Of a stretch of 46,349 nt of DNA, positions 38,194 to 46,349 are shown one piece after another. The DNA comes from an uncultured Bifidobacteriaceae bacterium. GTDB taxonomy: Bacteria; Bacteroidota; Bacteroidia; UKL13-3. Both the position numbers and the translations under genes were made by a program. The stretch's first letter is position 1. Each line of letters opens with the position of its first letter. The notes beneath the pieces are model-generated. The model ran no database searches and had not been told where the DNA came from. It worked only from the letters and a program-made list of their open reading frames with translations. The DNA lies in contig CAYSBE010000001.1 of NCBI GenBank assembly GCA_964429245.1, positions 1 to 46,349 of the forward strand, given 5' to 3'.

Positions 38194-40122
38194 TGTGCTC
38201 TGCTTTGTGAATACGGTGCCTGGAAGTGTATCAATATTCTTAAATACATCTACATACCCAATATCACTTCCAACAATGAGTTCAGCTATTGAGTCCCCAT
38301 CAACATCATAAAATACAGGAGTTGCATATCCCCAAGGTTCGCAATTAGTAATATCATATGTGGTATTGTGACAATACCTAGTGTTTACTTTCCCAAATGT
38401 GTCAATCGTTGGTTGTGCATCAAATAATGCGTTGGCTGAGTTGCCTCTATTCATATACAACTTAAGGATGCCATTTCGGTTTCCTACTACCAAATCAAAA
38501 TCACCATCTTTATCTAAGTCAGAGAAAGCCGGAGCCGAAAATGATCCGGCATCTATATTACTTATAACAGATATTGGTTGCTGTGTAAAAGATATAGTGC
38601 TACCTGTTCCTGTATTTTCATACATTAATAATTCTCCATTTTCCATTCCCAGTACAATGTCTTTTTTACCATCTCCATTCAAATCTGCAACTGTGGGAAT
38701 AATATGAATCATTGGCCCATTAGCACTTATGTTCAAAAAGTTGGAATCTTGCAAGGTAAACACACTGCGCCCGGTAACAGGATCAGGTGTATTGGAATAA
38801 AGCACAAGCCTGTCATTAATATTAAAAGTCATATCATAACTGCCGCTTGTGGCTACAAGTAAGTCTTCATCACCATCATTGTCCACATCAATTAATATTG
38901 GTGCTGCTCGGGACCCCAAGTCAATTGTGGTATTGTATAACCAAAAATTATTTCCTGAATAATTAAAAACAGGTGCAGTATTGGTTCCTGCATTATTATA
39001 GATCCATACATTTTCTTTGCTTTTTGCTGCATAAGGTTCGTTTGTTGTTACCAACAATTCATTCTTGCCATCAGCATCAATATCTACATAATATGCTGCA
39101 GGAAATGTGATAAAGTTTGCTGGGGTGGAATTGGATGGAAATATGGAATCTTGTGAAATAATTGAATCTCTTCCCTGGGTGTTTTTCTTGCTTGTTAAAA
39201 GTAACAAACTAGTAAATCCAACATCTCCATAAATATAATCCAATACCCCATCGTTATTATAATCTAGAGGACACAAGGTAGTTCCTGAATGCTTTTGTTT
39301 TTTCTCATACATCTGAAATGCACAACTGCTTAGTTGGTCTTTTGATAAGCCTAATCTGAATTGATTTTTATTTGATGGGGCATCATATTGCATATACCCC
39401 CAACACTGATCCCTAAATATGTATCTTGTGCTATCAGGTTTATATTGAATATTGTACTTGTTTTTCAAAAAATTCTCAAAATAATACGGACTCAAATCAG
39501 TTAACGTAAAACTTAAAATATCCGGATCTACATCTCCATCTATATCAACAATTGCGGGAATATCTGTATTGTTCACAGGAATTTTATCCGGTGCTTTGTT
39601 TACACCAAAATCTATCCAATAACCACCTGTATCATAAACCTGATTATTAATTTGATTAAAATTGATGCCTGACTGAGGTGTTGATTTATTTACAAAAATG
39701 CGCAAACCGCTTGTGGTTACATGAGGTAACGAATCGGGCAAAAACCTGTAATCCTGTGATGTTTCTGAAAAAATATCAAGCTTCCCATCTGAATTGTAAT
39801 CCCTTAGCAAAGCCCAACTTGTAAGAAATGGAAATCGTCCATTGTAATTTGGTGCATGAATATATCCATTGGGTGTGTGTAAATAAACAGCTACCCGATT
39901 TGAGGTACGATCAAAAATAAATAAATCCTGTTTGCCATCCCCATCAATATCAATATTAGAAAACTGTGGTGCATTAAATCCTCCCGAGAACGGATTCAAT
40001 AATGAATCAGTTGCATTTTTCATAAATCGCGCACCATTGCTAGAATAAAACCTGATGTTTTGTGCTTGCACACATAGGCTTGTTGATAGAATAAATAGGC
40101 TTAGTAGACGTAATCTTTTCAT
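37765..40122 (-). CDS. FG-GAP/VCBS-repeat secreted protein with a T9SS C-terminal sorting domain, paralog 2
   Basis: The start is taken at MKRLRLLSLFILSTSLCVQAQ (ATG 40122) by homology with paralog 1. This gives the same 785-aa length as paralog 1. The repeat architecture matches paralog 1, and the last 143 aa are identical to it. Confidence 0.85.
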   Translation of the reverse strand: MKRLRLLSLFILSTSLCVQAQNIRFYSSNGARFMKNATDSLLNPFSGGFNAPQFSNIDIDGDGKQDLFIFDRTSNRVAVYLHTPNGYIHAPNYNGRFPFLTSWALLRDYNSDGKLDIFSETSQDYRFLPDSLPHVTTSGLRIFVNKSTPQSGINFNQINNQVYDTGGYWIDFGVNKAPDKIPVNNTDIPAIVDIDGDVDPDILSFTLTDLSPYYFENFLKNKYNIQYKPDSTRYIFRDQCWGYMQYDAPSNKNQFRLGLSKDQLSSCAFQMYEKKQKHSGTTLCPLDYNNDGVLDYIYGDVGFTSLLLLTSKKNTQGRDSIISQDSIFPSNSTPANFITFPAAYYVDIDADGKNELLVTTNEPYAAKSKENVWIYNNAGTNTAPVFNYSGNNFWLYNTTIDLGSRAAPILIDVDNDGDEDLLVATSGSYDMTFNINDRLVLYSNTPDPVTGRSVFTLQDSNFLNISANGPMIHIIPTVADLNGDGKKDIVLGMENGELLMYENTGTGSTISFTQQPISVISNIDAGSFSAPAFSDLDKDGDFDLVVGNRNGILKLYMNRGNSANALFDAQPTIDTFGKVNTRYCHNTTYDITNCEPWGYATPVFYDVDGDSIAELIVGSDIGYVDVFKNIDTLPGTVFTKQSTVFVDFSNGLNPVEKRHGRFSAVCIGLMDGDNKPDMLIGNIAGGFQFYGSIPLNSSALSETLRSDRFVLYPNPAQNEVVLKHLNIPENGNVFIYDQTGRLIKRVTINRYVAETTIDISELQSGVYFIEAVGEGYKQTKKLIIQ

Positions 40123-40142
40123 AAATCTTGATGTTTGCATTA

Positions 40143-40150
40143 CGAATATA
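40143..40150 (-). promoter_or_regulatory. Possible -7-like box of paralog 2
   Basis: This is the same TATATTCG box inside CATATATTCGTA, at the same distance from the ATG as in paralog 1. Confidence 0.2.
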
Positions 40151-40194
40151 TGGTATTATCTAAAATCATTTTGTCATAATTATATCTTAATTTT

Positions 40195-41490
40195 ATGAAT
40201 ACAGCATCGCTTTACAACATATACCTAAAACACTCGATTACATGCACCGATACCCGTATGATACAACCGGGTTGTATTTTTTTCGCGCTTAAAGGTCCTA
40301 ATTTCAATGGGAATGCCTTTGCCCATAAGGCCTTACAAGATGGAGCTGCTTATGCCATTATTGATGAAGCAGCGTTTGCCGATAATGATAGATGTATATT
40401 GGTAAATGATGTATTAACAACGTTGCAAGAACTGGCAACTTATCATCGCCAGCAATTGAATATTCCTGTGATTGCTATTGTGGGTTCAAATGGTAAAACG
40501 ACAACAAAAGAATTAATTACATCTGTATTGCAAACAGAGAAAAATGTACTTGCCACACCCGGAAACTTCAACAACCACATCGGGTTGCCACTCACCCTAT
40601 TGATGCTAAAACCTTCACATGAAATTGCCATTATTGAAATGGGAGCAAATCATATTGGTGAAAATGCGATGTTATGTGAAATAGCTAAACCAACATATGG
40701 ACTCGTAACCAATAATGGAAAAGACCACCTTGAAGGATTTGGCAGCATGGAGGGTGTTGCGCAATCAAACAGTGAACTGTATTATTATTTATTGAAAAAT
40801 GACGGCCTCACTTTTGTAAATGCAAACGATGAGTGGTTGATGCGCATGGCAGGAAGACTTACGAGAAAAACTACTTATGCTGCTATTGATGAAACAAGAA
40901 ATACTAAAGCTGATGTGATTGGTGCTGCCAAAAAATTAAGACCTCAAATTACATTTAGCTTCGAAGATATTGACATCACATCATGCCTTAGTGGCGATTA
41001 CAATTTTGATAATATCATGGCCGCTGTGGCTATTGGGAAGAACTTTGGCATTGATATCAAAAATATTAAAAAAGGCATTGAATCTTATGAACCCAAAAAC
41101 AACCGATCACAGGTTATAAAGAAAGCGCAAAACACAATTTACCTTGATGCATACAATGCCAATCCAAGTAGCATGGAAGCCGCGCTTCGTAATTTCGCAG
41201 CCATGCATTTGCCTAATAGTATGGCCATTTTAGGTGATATGTTTGAACTAGGAAAATATGCAGAAGAGGAACACATAAATATGATAAAGCTTTGCACATC
41301 ATTAGGCTTATTAAAAGTACTTTTTGTTGGAGAAAATTTCTACAATTGCCGCGAGGGAAATTTTGATTTTGTAAAAAATACTGATGAAGCAACAAGATTT
41401 ATTTGTGAAAAGAAATTAACAGGATATCACATATTTTTAAAAGGCTCAAGAGGCATTAAATTGGAAACACTGTTGGATTGTATTGAATAG
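40195..41490 (+). CDS. murF: UDP-N-acetylmuramoyl-tripeptide--D-alanyl-D-alanine ligase
   Basis: 431 aa with the motifs DTRMIQPGCIFFALKG and the P-loop GSNGKTTTKE. The Mur ligase middle and C-terminal domain layout is present. Confidence 0.92.
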   Translation: MNTASLYNIYLKHSITCTDTRMIQPGCIFFALKGPNFNGNAFAHKALQDGAAYAIIDEAAFADNDRCILVNDVLTTLQELATYHRQQLNIPVIAIVGSNGKTTTKELITSVLQTEKNVLATPGNFNNHIGLPLTLLMLKPSHEIAIIEMGANHIGENAMLCEIAKPTYGLVTNNGKDHLEGFGSMEGVAQSNSELYYYLLKNDGLTFVNANDEWLMRMAGRLTRKTTYAAIDETRNTKADVIGAAKKLRPQITFSFEDIDITSCLSGDYNFDNIMAAVAIGKNFGIDIKNIKKGIESYEPKNNRSQVIKKAQNTIYLDAYNANPSSMEAALRNFAAMHLPNSMAILGDMFELGKYAEEEHINMIKLCTSLGLLKVLFVGENFYNCREGNFDFVKNTDEATRFICEKKLTGYHIFLKGSRGIKLETLLDCIE

Positions 41491-41508
41491 TGAAATACAA
41501 TTGCAAAA

Positions 41509-41988
41509 CTACTTGCTTTGGCATATTATCACGGCATAAGCTGTAATGCCTTCTTCACGACCTATGAATCCCATTTTTTCGTTTGTTGTTGCTTTAATGG
41601 AAACATCGTCAATTCCAATTTCGCAAATGCCTGCGATGGTTTCACGCATGGCTTGCACATAAGGCAATATTTTTGGCTTTTCGGCACAAAGGGTAGCATC
41701 AATATTTCCAATCTCATAATTCCTATCCGTCATTAATTTGATGACTTGTTTAAGCAACAATTTGCTGTCAACTCCTTTGAATTGATTATCGGTATCAGGA
41801 AAATGTTTGCCAATATCACCTAAAGCCAAGGCGCCAAGAATGGCATCGCATATGGCATGAAGCAACACATCTGCATCGCTATGACCTAGCGCTCCTTTGG
41901 TATGTTCAAGTTTTACACCCCCCAACCACAACTCGCGACCTTCAATTAGTTGATGCACATCAAATCCAAAACCAATTCTTATTGCCAT
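41509..41988 (-). CDS. ispF: 2-C-methyl-D-erythritol 2,4-cyclodiphosphate synthase
   Basis: 159 aa with the motifs IGFGFDVHQL, GHSDADVLLHAICDA and TTNEKMGFIGREEGI. Confidence 0.95.
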   Translation of the reverse strand: MAIRIGFGFDVHQLIEGRELWLGGVKLEHTKGALGHSDADVLLHAICDAILGALALGDIGKHFPDTDNQFKGVDSKLLLKQVIKLMTDRNYEIGNIDATLCAEKPKILPYVQAMRETIAGICEIGIDDVSIKATTNEKMGFIGREEGITAYAVIICQSK

Positions 41989-41994
41989 ACTATA

Positions 41995-43248
41995 TTATCT
42001 GTCAGGATCACCGAAGCCACTTGGTGTGTCCGATTTCTTTTCTTTTTGTTTTGTAAATGCAGCAAAATCAAGTCCTAGCGTAAATCGCAACGTATTGTCT
42101 AAAGGATTTCTCTGACCAAATGAAAAAAGATAGGATACATCAATTGTAAACACATTATACCTCAAACCTGCTCCAAGTGTTGCGTATTGGCGATTTCCTT
42201 TTGATTCCGGTTCATAAAAGAACCCTCCTCGTAAAGCAAATTGTTTATCGTACCAATATTCCAACCCAAAAGAGGTATTAATTTCCTGAAGTTCTTCTCT
42301 AAATCCACCTGGGGCGTCATAAAATGATTGAATCATTCCTTGAACTACGGGAACATCATCGGCTTTTCCTTCTTTAATTACTGGTTCTCCATCTTTATAA
42401 ACAACATTTCCATTTGCATCAGTCTCATACACCGGAGGGGTAGGTACAAGTAGTTTATTAAAATCTAATAGAATGGCAATTGAATTGTATTTGTCTAATT
42501 CAAAATTGACATAACCACCCATCCTTAAATTTATTGGAATAAAATCTTCATACTGCGCGGTAGTATAGGTTACTTTAGCCCCAATATTGGTAATAGCCAA
42601 ACCATATCCATAGTTTATCCATTTCTTTTTATACCTAAATCTATTGGTATAATAAGATGTAATATCTGCTGCATATGTATTTGCAGGCTCTAGTCCACTT
42701 GCTGTTTGCAATCCACCCGTTAAGTTTGAGCGTATATACCTAAAGGCAACCCCCACAGAAAAGTTTTCGGATAATTTTTGTGCATACGCAACATCAAGTG
42801 CAAGTTCATTAGGGGTAAATGTTCCTAATGGATTAGCTTGGTCATCGGTAAAGTCAATTGAGCCCAAAGAAAAATAGCGCAAAGAACCACCTATGGTTGA
42901 TCTGTTATTAATTCTGTTGTAAAAAGATAAGTAAGATAATGAAACATCAGGAACTAAGGAGCGAAGCCATGGTGTGTAAGACAAAGATACCCCACCATTT
43001 TTTTCCATAAAAGCAAGTTTAGCAGCATTCCAATGTATTGCGTTCATATCATTTGGTGAGGCTACGCCTGCGTCTCCCATTGCACCTGCTCTTGCATCAG
43101 GTGTAATCATTAAGAAAGGCACTGCCGTTGTAATTGTATTTTGTCTTCCATCTAGCTGGCCTCTGTTCACTTGTGCAAGTGCCTGATTGATGAAAGTAAT
43201 TAATACAAAAATTAAGGCTACACTTTTAATACTATTTTTAATAAACAT
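41995..43248 (-). CDS. porV: T9SS outer-membrane channel/shuttle protein PorV (LptO)
   Basis: 417 aa with a signal peptide ending ALAQ and beta-barrel character throughout. It lies immediately downstream of porU, which is the conserved porU-porV arrangement. Confidence 0.8.
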   Translation of the reverse strand: MFIKNSIKSVALIFVLITFINQALAQVNRGQLDGRQNTITTAVPFLMITPDARAGAMGDAGVASPNDMNAIHWNAAKLAFMEKNGGVSLSYTPWLRSLVPDVSLSYLSFYNRINNRSTIGGSLRYFSLGSIDFTDDQANPLGTFTPNELALDVAYAQKLSENFSVGVAFRYIRSNLTGGLQTASGLEPANTYAADITSYYTNRFRYKKKWINYGYGLAITNIGAKVTYTTAQYEDFIPINLRMGGYVNFELDKYNSIAILLDFNKLLVPTPPVYETDANGNVVYKDGEPVIKEGKADDVPVVQGMIQSFYDAPGGFREELQEINTSFGLEYWYDKQFALRGGFFYEPESKGNRQYATLGAGLRYNVFTIDVSYLFSFGQRNPLDNTLRFTLGLDFAAFTKQKEKKSDTPSGFGDPDR

Positions 43249-43298
43249 GAGTTTTTTTTGATATAAACGTGCAATTATAAAGAATTTGAACTACTTAG

Positions 43299-46200
43299 TT
43301 AGTTTAAAATGACAAGTTTTTGATACTCTTCGGCACTTTTACCATCCTGTGATTTAATGCTAACTTTATAAATATAAACTCCTTTACCAATCCTATCCCC
43401 AAATTCATCTTTGCCATCCCAAGTTAGTTGATCAAAATGATTGCCTGCCGTAACCGTCTCAGTTCTCATTGTTTTTATAAGATTACCACTTATTGTAAAA
43501 ACCTGTATCATAACATTAATAGGTAGTCCTGGACGATTATGATCGAAATGAAACGTAGTGTTTGTGGTAAAAGGATTCGGATAGTTGAGTACATTCTGTA
43601 AGGCAAAATTTTGGTCATCTGCTACAACAAATTCTAAAACCGATTCACTGTAATTGTTGTAGGTATCCCATGCTCCCAATTTAAGGGTGTGCTTGCCGGG
43701 AGGTAAATCTTTAATTTTATACCTTACTTCACCGGAGGTGTAACTATCAAGTTGTGCCTGAAAGAAATCATTTAAAACTGTGGCCGTCATATTATCATTA
43801 TTCATCACAGATTGAATATCTCTACCAATGCCTCTATTTGTAATATTGACGCCATTTTCATCAGATATTTTTGCAATCAGTAATGGATTTTCGTTCGTGG
43901 TTCCCCCATTTGCAAATTTTTCATCATTCAAATACAATTTTATTTCAGGACCTCTGTTATCAGCAATTATGGAATCAGCCGTTCCACCGACCATAATATT
44001 GTTATAATATCCTGTGGCATCTAATGCGTTATTGGTTGAGTAATAACTTATTCTACCCAGACCAAATGCATAAGAAATATCTTTAGGAACAATAAAGCTA
44101 AACTCAAAATTACCATTTTTAACACTTGCTTGACCGCGATAAATCACATTATTCTGCATCATAAAATTCATTGGATTGGTGTTGCCACCATATCCTGCCG
44201 GATTGTTACGCAGGGTTTGATATTGTGTTGGCTTATCAAAAACAGTTGGAAATACTAGTCCATTATATGTTGTTTGTACATTGCCCTGAAGGTCGGTAAC
44301 TACTCCTTTGATGGTTATTTTTGAAAATGCCTTCAGTGTATCTGTAGTGGGACCGTTTATATCCATTCCATTAATGGCAGTTGTTCTTACGCCCATTTCA
44401 GGATAGGCCAAAAACATGGCAGGATCTCCAAGCAAAGAAAAATTGCGCTCGTTTTTATCTGTAAAGAAGTAATCGTTTTTAGCTAGGCGCATAATTTCAC
44501 CGATATTTTTACGAGGCTGAAATGCCGCAGCAGAATCATACCCAATACGATTTAAAATATACTGATTCAAAGCATAATTAGAACCTGAGTTTACTAACCT
44601 GACTGTTGTGTAAAGTGCTACCGCTCCGCCATACTGATTGATTAAGGCCATTTCTCCTGCTGCAAATCGCTCCGGATCATCATATCTGCTAAACTCACAC
44701 GTAGCTGTTACAAATATTGGTAGACGCCCCCCGTTTGACCATTTTTGAATATCATCCGTATTTAAGATTCGCTCAGCAGCTAAGCCCACCTCGCCTCCAT
44801 GACCCGTGTAATTGAATAGCAAACATCCCCTTTCCACTGATCGAACAATATCAGCCTGAGCCTGGGGGTTCCGTACTCCGCCAGCTGTTACCTGTTCTGG
44901 ATACGCATCAATAAATATTTTTTGTATGTTTTGATTTTTATAATTGTTGCGGGCATATTGTGCTAAATTTTCTGCTTGATTTTCATGTATGCCACCATCT
45001 TCATCATCTGCAACAAATGTCATTCGATTCATCCAATCTCCCCATTCGGGTGCGCTTTCATAATTTATACTTTTAGCAACCATAATGGAGGCATTCACAG
45101 CATCTGTTGCAGGCAATCTACCAACAGATATATCTAAAAATTCTTTTACCCCACTCCAACCAATATTGTCTACAGCTTGATCCCATTTGCCTTCATTGTC
45201 ATCCAATAAACCAAAAAAATCATCTGAACAGTAGGTTTTAATTGGGTCAAATGATTGATTGCTTTCAAAGGTGGGAACAAAGTTGGTGTTATTCTTCACC
45301 CTGTTTTTGTAATCAAATGATGCCCTCCCAAATAGCAGCAAACTTTTTGGAGCATCGGCCTGAGAGGATGCACGTTTATAAAACATACGCATCATATCGC
45401 GTATGGCACATAAATCCTGAACTCCACCCGAAAACTCATTGTATACTTGTTGAACCGTAACCACAGAAACCCTAAGGTTATTTTTATTGCGATGATGTTG
45501 GGCCAGTCTATTTGCTTCTGATAAAAAAGCCTCGTGTGTAATGATAAAATAATCTGTTGCTCCTAGTCCGTGTATATTTTGATTAACTAATCTTTCAGCA
45601 AATACGGGCTCTTGGTAATTTCCATTAAATACAATGAATTCCCTTAGTGTATCTCCGGGAGCCGAAAAACTCAAGATTCCGTTTTGAATACTATACGATA
45701 AGGCTTTGGGTTCTGTAGGTGATGTAACATCCCAAACAGATGCGTTGGCTTGCGATGTTGCAATATTATACTGCGTTATGGCATTAGCAGCATAACTTGA
45801 TTTATCCCTAAACAATAATTGCGACCCAGTAAATGATAAAAAGTTTCTGCTTTGCAGCTCAAAGTAATCAAGCCAGCCAAGAGAACCTTGAAGGGTCTGG
45901 TTATAAACATAGGTTACTGTTAAATTTCCTGATGAAGCTGAATAAGTAGCTGACTTTAAACCATCTCCATCAGATGCATACGCATCGATATAACTGGAAT
46001 TAACTTGAGGTATAGCATGCGTAATTAGCGTAGTACCGTTAATGTATGCTGTAAAAGAACTGGGAGAAAAAGAACGTGCTGCAACAGATGAAGTAAAGTA
46101 TACAGGAACGTTGGTATTTATATTTCCCAAATTAGCTGTGAAATTTTGAGTCAAACTTCGGTTGAATTCTTCTCCCATAAAACGTTTACCGCTTTTTATG

Positions 46201-46349
46201 AGATTTACCAAATCCCGTTCATATAAAAACAGGTTGTCATACTCATTTGAAGTGCGGTTTGGTGTGCTAGGTGCAATAGTTTGTACTCTCTTACCCGAAG
46301 CTCCACCAAATGTTAGGAAATAGGCTGTTTGATCGGTGTACACATTATT
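43299..46349 (-). CDS. porU: T9SS C-terminal signal peptidase/sortase PorU (C25 gingipain-like). The N-terminus lies beyond the right window edge.
   Basis: The frame stays open to the window edge. The C25-like catalytic dyad context is NYTGHGGE and VTATCEFSRYDDP. The protein's own CTD reads LNYPNPFTTNTTFHF...GVYIYKVSIKS...KLVILN. porV follows downstream. Confidence 0.85.
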   Translation of the reverse strand, partial: NNVYTDQTAYFLTFGGASGKRVQTIAPSTPNRTSNEYDNLFLYERDLVNLIKSGKRFMGEEFNRSLTQNFTANLGNINTNVPVYFTSSVAARSFSPSSFTAYINGTTLITHAIPQVNSSYIDAYASDGDGLKSATYSASSGNLTVTYVYNQTLQGSLGWLDYFELQSRNFLSFTGSQLLFRDKSSYAANAITQYNIATSQANASVWDVTSPTEPKALSYSIQNGILSFSAPGDTLREFIVFNGNYQEPVFAERLVNQNIHGLGATDYFIITHEAFLSEANRLAQHHRNKNNLRVSVVTVQQVYNEFSGGVQDLCAIRDMMRMFYKRASSQADAPKSLLLFGRASFDYKNRVKNNTNFVPTFESNQSFDPIKTYCSDDFFGLLDDNEGKWDQAVDNIGWSGVKEFLDISVGRLPATDAVNASIMVAKSINYESAPEWGDWMNRMTFVADDEDGGIHENQAENLAQYARNNYKNQNIQKIFIDAYPEQVTAGGVRNPQAQADIVRSVERGCLLFNYTGHGGEVGLAAERILNTDDIQKWSNGGRLPIFVTATCEFSRYDDPERFAAGEMALINQYGGAVALYTTVRLVNSGSNYALNQYILNRIGYDSAAAFQPRKNIGEIMRLAKNDYFFTDKNERNFSLLGDPAMFLAYPEMGVRTTAINGMDINGPTTDTLKAFSKITIKGVVTDLQGNVQTTYNGLVFPTVFDKPTQYQTLRNNPAGYGGNTNPMNFMMQNNVIYRGQASVKNGNFEFSFIVPKDISYAFGLGRISYYSTNNALDATGYYNNIMVGGTADSIIADNRGPEIKLYLNDEKFANGGTTNENPLLIAKISDENGVNITNRGIGRDIQSVMNNDNMTATVLNDFFQAQLDSYTSGEVRYKIKDLPPGKHTLKLGAWDTYNNYSESVLEFVVADDQNFALQNVLNYPNPFTTNTTFHFDHNRPGLPINVMIQVFTISGNLIKTMRTETVTAGNHFDQLTWDGKDEFGDRIGKGVYIYKVSIKSQDGKSAEEYQKLVILN

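Noticed and set aside
40123-40140. The MQTSRF extension at the start of FG-GAP paralog 2
   Set aside because: The homologous position in paralog 1 has no ATG. With ATG 40122 both paralogs are 785 aa and begin MKRLRLL.

Overview
This is an AT-rich, densely packed chromosomal segment that reads as Bacteroidota. Supporting signs are the T9SS genes porU and porV, several proteins ending in T9SS C-terminal sorting domains (CTDs), TAnnTTTG-type -7 promoter boxes, and no Shine-Dalgarno sequence ahead of groEL. I count about 37 protein genes, two of them cut by the window edges. Most are housekeeping: cinA, a 2-oxoacid dehydrogenase E2 with its lpd partner 23 kb away, msrB, a DAACS transporter, groES-groEL, queA, ftsE, secG, M3 and M23 peptidases, an FAH-family protein, bcp, a PLD-type lipid synthase, a CPA2 antiporter, a cyclophilin, serS, queD-folE, murF and ispF. 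I recognised no rRNA, tRNA, CRISPR array, transposase or integrase. The non-housekeeping content is two ECF sigma factors, three T9SS cargo genes and porV-porU. One sigma factor is paired with a protein that combines a transmembrane (TM) segment, a long linker and an outer-membrane beta-barrel. The other is an orphan sigma sitting behind a repeated palindromic motif. Two of the cargo genes form a tandem FG-GAP pair. The most unusual structure visible in the DNA is that tandem pair. The two copies are offset by exactly 2685 bp, share a 546-bp block that is identical by eye, and carry a stranded 3' fragment of the neighbouring gene. This pattern points to recent gene conversion, or possibly an assembly artefact. 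I found no convincing defence island or clearly novel multi-gene system, so candidate oddities are given modest scores. All functional calls rest on motifs read from the supplied translations, and no database search was run.
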